From: Marsupella aquatica
Lineage: Eukaryota > Plantae > Marchantiophyta
Assembly: GCA_973895155.1 (NCBI GenBank)
Contig: OZ316891.1
Coordinates: forward strand, 4,012,018-4,076,017
Direction of reading: 5' to 3'
Length of the DNA stretch: 64,000 nucleotides
Below the pieces are notes generated by a model, which saw only the letters and a program-made list of their open reading frames with translations, searched no databases and was not told the origin of the DNA. The number at the start of each line of letters is the position of its first letter. Within the stretch, counting starts at the first letter, position 1. The translations under genes were made by a program, and so were the position numbers. Shown piece after piece: positions 49,066-62,000 of this stretch.

Positions 49066-52000
49066 ACTCTGGCCTTCTGGATTGTTCAAGTATTCCTTTA
49101 CTGTGTATCCAGCGCAGATCTAATTTAGATGGCACATGCATCGAACTGCTTCTTCGATCGGCGGGAGTCTCTATATGTTTTCTTGGTTGTTCCGGTGGAA
49201 TCGATCATCGTGGCATGACTATGTGGTCTCTTGTTTTGGCTGCTCACCTTCCGTATAGTTTGAAGTCTTCGTAAATATTTTATACAGGCTGATGCTCACT
49301 ATAATATGATCGAGAATGACAAAATTGTACAGCTTAGTCGGTCACCGTGCATGGGGCAAGCTTATGAGTATAGACAGATACGCAGAATTCTGAGTCAAAT
49401 CATCTAACTGGAGTTGTACAACGTACTTGAACAAACTCTTGAATGTCCACGTCTGTCCCACTCCGGCCATTACCTTACTGGATCCCGTTCTTCAGTAGTG
49501 AAGGGCTTTGATAGTGAACTCCTTAGATAACCCCCAGATTCCAATCGATATATGTTTCTGAAATGTATTGATCACGAATACATCCGCAGGTGTAACCTTC
49601 CGTGTGATACACTAGTAGTCGAGCTCAGGTAGTCGGTTCAGTCGCTACACAGATTTCTACATTTTGACTCATTCAAGATCTACTATGCTTGCGGTCTGAT
49701 TTGCGCTGAGTCATATCTGTTCTGGTTTCTCAAAGATGACCGATGTGGCAAAGTCACCCATGCTCAAATTTTCTTGGGCGAACCTACAAGTAGTACTTCA
49801 TCGATCCTGTGTCAGAATTGTAGGCATGTATGCTGTTCTTTGATTGCTGTCGCGGTATTCGGGTGTAGGCATCTTCAGAATGAACATTGTCGACGATCTG
49901 TCTCGACCAAGATAATTTATGTCCGTAAAACTGATTTGTGGTCACTTCAGAGGTCACCGTTCTCGGTCAGAGGCGAGATCCGATTCAAGAAGTCGAACGC
50001 AACGACACGGAACACTAGACTCTCCAGCCTGAGTTCGAAGACGATTCCACTCCTGTAGACCTCGACCCCGATCCCGATCCATATCAAGAGATCGCAACTC
50101 GCGTCGCGACAGTCACCGTCTCGTCACCAACGACCTTGACTCTCATGGTTTTGATAGCGCAGGCCCGATGTCAGAAGAACTGGGACAAGGTTTCGGGATT
50201 CGGGAATTGAGAGCAAACAGCCCAGATTGTCAAAACGGGAAGCTCGCAGAGTCTGACTAGCAAGCTAGCAAGCCTCGGCAGTGAATGTAGTAAGAGTGAA
50301 GAAGTGTAGCGAATAGAGCAAAGCTCTCAAAGTTTGTGATCCAACTATTGATGGGCTGGATTGAGCGAGAGCACGTTGCCAGTAGATCGAAGTCTTCAAT
50401 CTCCTGAATGTAGGTAAACAATTGTAGTGTGGCATGGTCGGATACGCTAAGGACACTCTAGATTCAAGTTCCTGTCCTGAAGCTGTAGATAAGACTGGAC
50501 AACAATTCCTTGCCAAGAGATCGATCTGCCTCATCTCGTAGGACCATCTGGAGAGCAGACACCGAAAACTGATAGATCTTGAGGAATTATATCTCTTAGA
50601 AGCAGAGTGGGATCGGTGATGTAAAGACTGACAGAGATAGATATTAGTTCTGCTGGTAGCTGGGGATGGCAGATGTCACTATGGCTCGATGGAAATTAAG
50701 GATCGAGGGAAATTAATGTAAACCCATTATTTAATTGTACATATTATTTGAAGGGTCGCCTTTAAATGAGGAGCTACGTACGATGAAAACGTTTGATGCT
50801 TCCAACAATTGACCGCCTCTCGTACTTAGTTCGATTGAAGCCTACAATGAATAGAATCTTGATTGTTGATTTGATCGTCATGACTTATGTAGAGACCACA
50901 ATAGATGAAATTATGGTCTTGTCTGATTCAACTTCATATGTTGACTTACCCCGTTATACGTTACACAAATTTCAGACGTCATGTAAGAGTTCGACACTCA
51001 CGATTTCAGTTCATGACTTCTATCTTCCCAATTATTTAAAGTACCTTCCTGTACACATTTGGAGCAAATCAATCTCCCTGCAACCCAAGAACAGTGAAAC
51101 AATTATTGAAAGTCAACTAAGGAAAAATGTCCGCTAAGTTTATGTTGGCATCCCTTGGTAGCCTTGACTATGTGCTTTTGGGGGCCTTATGATCACAGCG
51201 AAAAGCTCAGGAACGTATGGTTGCTGCCCTCTGATTCGCACAGGCAATAATCGCATCAAATGAAGCTAAACTGAGTGCTAGAGGGTCAAGGTCGTCCGAC
51301 CTGGCATCCATATCAAGCGCCGTCGCAGTCTAAGTGATTTTGGTAAGTGGCGGACGGGTAAACATAATGATGGATGACTGAGAGTATTTCACTTTCTTGG
51401 ACCCTTCAGTTGCCTTAATTGGGCATTTCGACTTCTTTGTCACTGTCTTGGCAGCAACCGAGATTTCTGCAATTGCAGGCAGAGCTCTTGAGCTGTGGTA
51501 GAGTCTGTTTGATCAGGCAGAACTCTTGATTAATTTCAATAGTGAGTTGCTGAGTTCAACTCCTGTGTTTGCTCTTAGGGAGTAGGTAGGTTGAGATTTA
51601 GTTACCATATCAGCCGTAAGAGAGGCACATAGGCAAGAGGATTGATGGTGTTCTCCAGTTGGAGCACCACATTCATTGGATCCAACGTACGTAGGCTGAA
51701 CTCTTGAGAATTTAGAGGTAACCGTATATAGATCTGGCTTTCTAGCTGCAGACAACAGGTCAGGTCTCCGTCAGCTAGGACAAGGCGTATCTACCTTTGT
51801 GCCTGGAGCCGAATAGAATGACCGGTGCAGAGATGATCACTGTTGCAAGTGGTGGACATTTCTGTCAAATCAAATCTTATGGACATAGTACACGAAGTTC
51901 CGGCATAGTAGCATCATTAGGAATGATCTACAAAGTGATACAACGTACACTGTACCATCGATTTCAAAGCAAAGCATCAGATAGTACGTGAAACTCGAAT

Positions 52001-55000
52001 CGTACCAGCTGTCACGAAAGGACCTAGCCAATTTCTGACAATAATTTGAGGTTCCTTTTTTTCCAATCTTGGGCGATGTGAAGAGGACGGTCGTCTCTTG
52101 ATAATGATACAGCGTACATAGTTACATCGGTTACACGGCACCCTACTGTACCAATTAGCTGATCTGAGAGGGTAGAGTTGACAGTGAATGAAGGACGGTC
52201 AAGATCTGTATAGATAGCAAGTAGTATCAATCGTGACGAGGTACATCGATGAGAGAAGGCGGTAATTGATATTGCACCTTCAGGTCGAGCTTCAGTTCAG
52301 TTATGAATTCTGAACAGCTTACTAGTAGGAAAGATCGATATGTCAGCATAATTATATATCGTAAAGTGTGAGCTCCAAGGTACTCGTCTTAGCTAACCAC
52401 TGCCCACAGAGGAGAACTTCAATTGTTTAACAATGCAGGTCGATCTAGCTCAGCTTCCATTTACTCAGTCCGTAGGTCTCTACTTTAAGCGTCAAACTCG
52501 AACACTTCAGCATCAGAGAGGCTGTGAGAAGCTAGACTATCACGTGATGAGATGATGCCGGTGCAGTTCCCCTGAATCCGTGTCATTTTGTATTCAGAGG
52601 GGCGTCTTTGTGCCATAGATAACAGGAGGCTCTGGGTAATTCGCTTCGCACGTTGCTCCAGCATCTCCTTGTGGCTACAAAATAACATGCACCCGCGACT
52701 TGAAGAACTCATCTCGAATTCATCCCTGTTGGCACCTTCTTTCCCAGAGTCGCCCACATAGGGACATTGATCGGGATTTCAGTATTGGTCCCAGAGCCAT
52801 CTCATTCCGAAGTTTAAAGAACAACTGCCTCATCATGCCTCCGACATACCATAGACTAGAAATCGGGTATGATACTGGTCCTTCTTTCCAGTTTTTGAAA
52901 ATTCAGGGTCCCCCGAAGCTGTCGATCAACAAGGCGCGAGAACATGCGAAGGAAGAAAAACCGAAGATCTCCAGTTGGTGCAGTGCTGGTTGGAACTTCT
53001 TTGATCGCGTGAGAAGACTGATTAATTGTCGGGCGGGGGTGATCTCTTGATCATCATACGCACATAGTCGGACAAGACTAGATACATTGACTCCTCAGGT
53101 GTTAGATTTTCAGATCTGAAATTAAGCTTTTCATTTGAAATGACAGCTCGGGCTACGGTAGTTGATGTACGTGTGCCCCTCATACTAGTCTTGCACTAGG
53201 AGGATGCATGTGGCTTTCGTCAAAGAGGCTTTCCAGTTAGAACATAGACTGATCTCAGTGACTGACTTCTACAAGAAATAGTAGAATCCTTTCAAGAGGT
53301 AAGCGATTTTGATCAGATGGATATAAATAAAATATTCAATGCTTGTGTTGATGGAAGTCTCTCACATATGACACCTGCTCAATGCTCTCAAATTGATGAA
53401 CTATAGGACAATATAAGTCCTATTCTTTCACATATTCTCGTTAGTTGTCAATGGAAGTTTCTTTAAGCTGCCCGAACTTTTTTAAGTCTGTCATTTAATG
53501 GCTGAATTAGCAACGCTAGCGACTCTTTGACCTGGAAAATTCCTCCTGTACACTTAATTACAGCGTGGCCCTGTGACTTCTTCCGACAGCTTACTCCATT
53601 GCAGCATTTTTTAATGTTTGGGCCATTTGTGGTCTATTCCTGAAAAGGATATTTGGTTAGGATTGTTGTACGTTACGACTCTTTGGGCCAAACTCCTATC
53701 ATTTGTAGACTTTTCCAATTTCGCTGTACATGTGGTGTACCGCTCCAAATTATTATCGTCAAGGTACTGGTGAACGGCTCTCTCGACCGTCTTTTCGAAC
53801 ATGAAATATGACAGGTCGCCTAAGTAGTCCACATCGCAGCACCGCCATCCATGCATCCGTCTATCTCTCGACAGCAGGCTCTTTGGATCTAGACGTTCTC
53901 CTCCCTAGCCACTCTGGATTTTCCTACTTTGCCCAATCGTCCCGGAAACCAAGGAACATCCACCCGGTGTTCCGCAGCACCCAGTCTATCTTTCTTTTTC
54001 TTTACTTTTCTCTTTCGTTCAGAAATCATTTAATCAACATTACAACGACAGAATACAGCAGTGGGAATAGCCACATACGTCTTTCTTCGGTTTCACAGGA
54101 GTGCAGACTGATTAGGAACTTGTCTCTTGCAATTGATATCCTGTGTTTCCTTTGGCTTCTCTAGCTAAAGCTTTTTGCTACAGGCTTCGTGTACTCGTTT
54201 TTTGCTTTAATATATATATTTTTTATGTTGGTTTCTCGATCCTTTTAATTGGAGATGCTTTTATGAAATGCTCCGATCGAGAGACGATGAAAACTGGAAA
54301 GTAGTCACTCAGACCTAAGCAAACGACTGGCTTTGTTATTATAATGATTGAAGGGGTTCTGCCTCACCTTTACGCATTAATCCTGTGATCGCAAAAATTG
54401 CTACTATACGTACCATGACTTCAGAGGAGTTGGTACCCTCAACAATTACAACCCCTCCTAAGAATCAGTGCCGTTCTGAAGCTACTGATTGACATACACC
54501 CGACATCCCTCCTCGTCTATAATTTGTTTGGATAGTTGATGATCAGTTTGCGACATCAATCAAGTACATTACTGAAACATATCATTTCTAACCTAATTAT
54601 ATGACATGAGATTGTCAGATCGTTCGGCGTTTGTACATCGTTCACTCATAGGATGGATTTGACTGTACTTGTAGGATTGATTTTGAAGTTTCCTGTTGAC
54701 TTCAATTAGAGCCCGGCCATGCCATGATCGACGACAAGAGTGGTCAATCTCTACCCTTAGAATAATTCTTTGGTTAGTATGTCCACACTATGGTAGGACT
54801 TTGGGATTCTTTGTGGATGTTGACGAATGTACGTGGAGTCAAGGCTGAAAATGTCTTCGAGGGATCCATGTCTTTCCAACGGAGCGACTGTCGAAGCGGT
54901 TGATGGATAGCAGGAGCATTGACCACCCGGAATTGTCAACAAAGGTCCGGGTCAGAACTTTTACAAGTTGATTGATCATGCAGCTAGTGGCAAGAGGTCT

Positions 55001-57530
55001 GAAGCCCAACCGATATATCAGGAGCAGCTTTAGATGTTTTAAACAGTTCACGCGCGTTCTTCCAGTTTGAGGAGATGCTGCTGCCTTCATTTGTGACGTT
55101 GTAATGGTCAATTATAGTGCCTGCCTGGCTGGATGGTTCAGTAATTCAGAAGCTGAGGAGCTCGTGGAGACTTGCAAATATCTGTCCGAACAATTCTTTC
55201 TTGATGGAAAGTGCGTCGAGCCACATTCATGATTTGGTGGGCCGGTCTCAAAGGAAGCCAGTGATGCGGAATCCTTCATGACAATGATTTGTAGAAGGTA
55301 CTACCCGAGATTGATGGTAACGTAGGTCCTTGTAGCTCTTCTTGTTATATAGGCCAGGCCGTGATTCCCTTGGAACTGACTTCCAGGAAATTTCGCAGCC
55401 TGCCGCGCGCGTCCACTAAGCTCTTAAGGCTTTCTGCTTGTCAAAAAGGTAATACAGGGACTTCAGGATGCCTGGTTACCCCATCTCGTCTCTCTTCTCA
55501 GCGTCCTTATGATTGGCAAAGGTGCTGACAAGAGAGGATATGTCCCTACTCCGGAGACTCAGCCACAATTTCCTTCGGTTATAACGTAAATCAAGGGTAA
55601 GGATATATCGGCTGCAACTCTCTTCAAATTAATCGTAAAAACGAAGCAAATTGCTTTGAAGCCGTAGCAATTGTAGGCTCCGTGGAATGGCCTTCATCAT
55701 AATAACGGCTTGAAGGCTGTGTTCGTCCTTCGTTTTCTGCTGAAGCCGATGGTGAAGTCACTGTGAGGCGTACAGTTTGGGCTTTTGGCTCGTTAATTCC
55801 ACGGCTGGGAATTGGGACACGCCTTTCGAAAAGGCGTGTCTGTCCCTGCAGGCATTGATCATCAGTCTTCGATTATGTAGCCATATCGAACTAAATGGAA
55901 GTAGACCTTCCTGGCGCTGCCCTTGCTACAACACATACTTCAATGTTAGAGTTGCACCTTGATCGACAAATGGAACAGATATTGAAAGAAGTGGACCAGA
56001 GGCATTTTGATGTCAAGATGAATGACAATGGTTCCTGGTGCACCAGATCCATCAGCAGACGGTGAGACTGATGTTTGCTCACTTACAAAGCGAAGCCGGG
56101 CCAAATCTTGGGCGACAATCTTGCAGTAAAATGAGAAGAATGTGTGATCATTATAACTGGAGCTCTTCCTAGCTAGCTAGGGGATTGGAGCGGGATTTGG
56201 CTTCCCGATTGTCCGCTAATTCCATGTACTCTGGACGCGCCAGTTCTCTCTCAATTATTTCAACTGCAAGGTGCCAGCAATCTATCCTGGGGTGGGTAGA
56301 AGGGTGGTCAGGGGTAGAAGGGTGGTCACAACTATAACAACTCTCTAGCTGGAACTCGGGGAAAGGAGAGGTGGTACTACGTACACGTGGATCCGCTGCT
56401 GGAATGAATTTTGACCCTAGTGGTTCGAATCTATCTGGTGTGGTGCAAGCTCGTCAAACAATAGATATTTGCACACGGGTTTCTCCAAATGCCGTTGACG
56501 CAGTTTTAGCAACAGCAGCACAGACTTCGGGTCACGGAACAAAGCTGTGGCCGGGTACGTACGTATGAATCCTTTCCATGCTGGCGGGAGTGGTGGAATT
56601 TGTATGACTCCACAGGGGCCAACTACAACAATGTTGAATGGAATTTTGGGGCAATCAATACTGCGTGACGATGATTAGATGGACAACGTTGGGCATATTG
56701 GTCCTGGATCCAGCACGTAGAAATGATGGAGTAGTTCCTTAACGCAAGGTTCCTTCCACCCCACAAAAGATGCTGTTTGGAAATGTTCACAGTCCAGTCT
56801 GGTTTTACTGTCCACATAATGGGCATTTTCAAGGGGAATTAGTAGCTGTTATTTCTTGGCGTTGGAAAATCCAGCCCTGCCGGTGTCATGCAATATCAGC
56901 TCTGACGAACTTCTGCTACTCGGGCCTCGGTGTTCGGCTGTACTGAACATATATAGGAAGTTAGGAACTCTTATGATTGGAAAATTGCCCATGCGATACT
57001 TCACACCTCACAGTGTCAATACATTGCTGCGACCACAGTCCAGCATTTATGTTGGGTGTCAGTCAGAGCCTAGGAGGCTAATTGTTTCAGCACGGTTTTA
57101 GAAAGTGCAATATGTTTAATCTCATGAGCAGTGTTTGACCAGATTGCGATTTATTCGAAAAACATATATAAAGGGTAGGAAGCATATCAGAAAATTCAGG
57201 GTTTATGCAAACCCAGGGCATTGCTTGGGGAGACTTCAAATTAAGGCGGTTTTCATTAAACTGCAAACTTTCACACAGGCCACTCAAGCAATTATTGTAC
57301 TCGCCAAACCGTACGTCATATTTCTTGAAATGCTGGGCTTCCTCGAAATTGTTCAAGTTTGCTGTTGTTATCTCAAGGTAAATCTTCAATTCTGCGCCTA
57401 TGAAACCACATTTGTCGATTGCTGTTCCACTTCTTCAGATGTTACTTGTAATCAAGAAGACTCCTCCAATTTCTTTAGTCTGTTATTGTGACAGGGAATG
57501 CCCTGTTCTCTCTGCTTGACCGGTTCTTTA

Positions 57531-57720
57531 GTCTGATTCCTTATTGTAGATCTCTTTCTATCTAGGGAGGTGTGTTTTACTCGGGGTTTTACTCTTACAT
57601 CAGATTTGAACTCTAGTTACGTTTTCACTTTTTTCGTCTGATTCCTGATCGTCGATCTCTTTCTATCTAGGGAGATGTGTTTTACTCTTACATCAGATTT
57701 TAGCTCTAGTTACGTTTTCA
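57531..57720. repeat. Imperfect tandem duplication, unit about 106 bp
   Basis: GTCTGATTCC...GATCTCTTTCTATCTAGGGAG...CTCTAGTTACGTTTTCA occurs twice. Confidence 0.85.
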
Positions 57721-59027
57721 ATTTTAGCTATTAGTTCGCACTCCACCAATTTTGCAACTTGTCACTTGAATTGTCACAATGAGAAGCAAGGGCGACGCGC
57801 CTTGTTTGGTTTGAATCTCTGCCGCACCCAGGTCTCCTTGTTCCAGGGCTGTTGGTGGCCTTTATCTTTTCCCTTTGTGGAGTTATGCAGTTCATCTGCA
57901 GAATACAGAATTACAGAATTCCTGTTTTTCGTGGCTCTTGGTTTACGAATAGTTTTCGTTCTTGCACATCCTTCGTAGTTTGTTCTGTAGAATCTCAGTT
58001 ATACCTGATGGGGTGGATGCATAGACCAAGAAAGAGTACCGCCCAAAGTGTCGTATGTTCTGGCCTTGTATAGAGCAATGTGGCAAAAGGCAGAATCCCG
58101 AAGGACATGAGAGGAGGCTCCGAAAACGTCACACCTGGGCGAGGCCTTCAAAGTGGCATTTGTGGGTGAACAGCATCTAGTGCATCTCCTTCTACTTGTC
58201 CCCACCATTCCGTGATGTGTCCCTTAAGAGAGGTGCCAGAATCTCCACCTACTTAGACCAGAGATTTCTATACCAGATTAAATCCAAACCACATGCAAAT
58301 ATCATTTGCTTGTTCAGTTGTTCTGACTTCTGTAACCTCGCCAATGTCTACGTTTGTCTGCTCAGCCTGCCCGAATATTATTATGCATTATCTATTACTC
58401 TTGAACCATATCTTGGAATTTACTATACATTGATATATTCTCAAGTGACTGCTTGGTCGGCGCAGCAAAGTCTACATTTCACGCAACAAGTGATTGCACG
58501 AAGTGCTTGCCACTCATCTAGTAGTTTCCTGTTCCAGCTTGTAGCGGTTTCCCAAGCAGTGCCTACACAGGGAATATGTCGATTCGCTTTATTAGCCCTG
58601 CATGCGTGTAAGATAGTAAACTTTGTCTTCAAGCCCAAATAATTATCATCCCCACAAGCAGTGCAATAAGGCTTAACTGTTTTCAGTACTACAACGAATG
58701 CATCACCTTCGTGTGTCTGACCAAGAATATTCCATGGAGTTGGTGAAACCAAGAGACGAAGTGACTTTTGCGGCAATGCGGACCAGAAACCCCGCCCTGG
58801 CTAGACAAGCAGAAGCGCAACCGGAGTCTCGGGCCGGGGGAAACCATCAAATTTATTACCCCATTTTGGTTTTCGGTCACTCGTGCGTACACAATTCTTT
58901 CCATCGGTTGAATCCAACCAGCTTAAGTAGTAAAAATAACGTACCCTAGACACTAGGTGTACAGTACAAGAAATTTCTTCAAATTGAATGGATTCCAAGA
59001 CAATCATTCAGTGCCACATCTATATCG

Positions 59028-62000
59028 TTATGATTTATCAATCCCCTGTCCTTCCCGTGGAGTAGGTTGTGGTCTAGCTTCTCTAGCGCTAATTTCCGAC
59101 ACAATTTGATAATCAGAAGGGTAAAAAGTCGACTTGAAACTGCGGAGTAGAAATGATGGCAACACAGCTGCCACGACCACCAGTATTTGGAGAAGCCAAT
59201 AACTTGGAGTGAGCCCCAATGCCTCGGTGAGTAATTTATACGGACTTGTTGGGTACCCGCCATCCTGTGCTCCAAACAGTGGCAGTTCTCCATAAATGAA
59301 CAAAAATATGTACCAGGAGACTATGCTGCCCCAAATAGAGGCATGATGGACCCAAGTGAAGTTATTGATGGCCAAAGTGACTTGAACATTGGCGACGAGG
59401 ACCTTGCAGGTGAAGAGAAGGGCACCAAACTCTGGCAGAGACGGAGTCATTCCACCTGCCCGGAACGAAGACAACAAATAGAGACCCAACGTGAAGAAGA
59501 AAACGATTAGTCCCGAGTATATTGAATTAAGTATCCACAGCGTTATCCGCTTCCTGTTGAAAAGGTCCTTTCGGTGCCCAGCTTTGTACAGCTGAGGATA
59601 TCTTATACAGTCTGCTGCAGAGACATCTTGGTCGAGAATCCCAACCACACCGACGGGTAGCGCAGTGAAGAGCGTATTGTAGAAGGATGCATACCAGTCG
59701 TTATAAATTGGTTGGCCAGAGAAGAAACTCAATGCATTCCCGCAGAAAGCAATCCATCCTGTAAGCGTAACCTTATAGTAATAATACAATATCATCAGTG
59801 ATATTCGATGGTAGCACCAATGACCATGCACGAGCAGAAGGCGCTCCAAAAATCTGAATTGTGCAATGGCATAATCAGCTGCCATGACGGCTTGAGCGCC
59901 TTCCACGCCAATCACTCCAACCCCCACATTTGCTGCTTGTATCATGCCCACGTCATTGGCACCGTCCCCGATTGCAAGACAGAGCTTGTTTTCTCCCATC
60001 CCCTTCCTCACTAGTTTTGTCACCTGACCTTTTTGACGGGGAGACACACGACAGCACAGAACAGAAGTACACTCTTTGCAAGCCCGAATAAACTCTTCCT
60101 GCAAACTATCGTCAGAGAGGACAAAAGCAAGTGAGTACCCATCAATCACCAATGCGAATGAGCTCTCTTCATCTGCGACAGGCTCTGAATGACGCCTTCT
60201 TCTGCCTGGCGAATTCTGGCTGCGCGAGCCGTCCGGTCGACGATATTTCAGCTCTTTTGAGGTATTCAAAGGAAATTCTTCAATTTCTTGACTGTGATTT
60301 CTTGACCGCGATGTGAACTCTTGCAGTTCATGCAGCTCGGACCCTTGCCTATAACTGGACGTTACATTCCGCTTACCGTTCTTCAGAACACCAGAGAAGC
60401 TCTCAGAAGAAACACTTTTCCTCTCGCTTTTCCTGTCAATCTCTCCTGATTTTTGCACCTGACTTGGTCTATTACGCATTCTCTCGATTTCTCTATTGCC
60501 GTCTGACAATTGTTGGGCCACAATACTTGTTAACTCCTTCTTTACATCCTCACGGGAAAGCTCCTGTTTTTCAGCTCGCTCCTCCACCTCCAGAGCCTCA
60601 GAACCTTCTAAACTGATAATGATCTTCTGCATGCCTTTCCGTAGAAGGCTACTGGCATAACCAATATTGATTGCAGTTTCCACCTTATCCCCAGTAAGTA
60701 CCCAGATGTTAATACCAGCCCGAGAAAGATTGTCAATAGTTTCAGGAACCCCATCTTGTAGCTTATCCTCCACTCCAGTTCCGCCTACAACCCGAAGATT
60801 CCTTTCAATTTCATCCACGACTTCCTCAATCCTTTCTTCTCTCTCGGGCCCAATGACGCTGGCGGCTTTTGCATACTTTATTTGCCACCTTTGCAGCTCG
60901 TCTTCATGCAGCTCTCGATAGGCCACAACAAGTGTCCGCAAACCCACCTCTGCATACGTCTGCAGCTGGTCCAAGGTTGATTTCAAGAACCTTTTATCTT
61001 CGGAGTCAGCTCGCTGGATCATGACAGCGTCAGCACCCTTCGACAGCAACATTACTCGTCCATCTGGATAGCGGACGATGACAGACATCCGCTTTCGAGC
61101 ACTGCTGAACTCTAAAACATTTAAAAGCTCATAAGTTCGGTCGATGTGCTCCTCGTCTTTTCCAACTGATTCCCTGACATGCACAGCTGATGGCGTTCTC
61201 TTGTAGAAAAAGAAGCCAAACTGCTTAGCAGCAACAACAAGAGCTGATTCATCTGGAGATTCAGCTCTATACTCCATCGACCACGGTTCGTCCACTTTTC
61301 CCTCCGGAATCGCTGTGTGGCAAAGTGCAAGAATCTGAAAAAATAATTGCACTACATCTGGGTTTGCTTCCTGTGCCCACTTACCCCCTAGAAGTCGAGG
61401 GTCAGAAAAATTAAAACCTTTTACACGGCTAGGGTTGCATCCAGCATCATCCCCGTCTTCTTCAGGTTTCCAACCACTCGAATCTGTCTCCACACCCAGG
61501 ACAACCCCAAGGCGCCGGGCAGCCCTTTCTACCTCTGTCGTTCCCTTCCCGTATGAAACTCCTGCTATAGAGCAACGGAAAAAGTCCATCTGATTGCTTG
61601 TCAGAGTTCCGGTCTTATCAGACAAAATGGTGTCCACTTGACCTAGCTCTTCATTCAACCCTGTTGTCCTCACCTTCGCTCCTGCTCCGATACTGGGTTC
61701 GTACATCGCCATATCCATCGTCATGGAAATTCCTTGGAAACCCCGCACGATCTCAAGAGTAACATAAAGTCCAATGGGAACGAGGTAGCCATACAGGATC
61801 AGCCCATTCACAAATACTCCCAGACCGGCAATGACAGCAGTATTGGGATTGTAGTACTTGTTATTATCGAAGGGCAGGAGATACCACATGCCAGGTCCTT
61901 CGCGACTCGTTCGATAACCAAGAACTACTCCAGATGTCACACTCATGAGAAACAGAACTACGAACATGGTGTAAACGACTTTATCGAGTGACTTGTCGAT

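Noticed and set aside
49700-58900. Short ORFs that look like decayed coding sequence (for example 53611-53856, 57087-57389)
   Set aside because: No family motif recognised; this would need a translated homology search.
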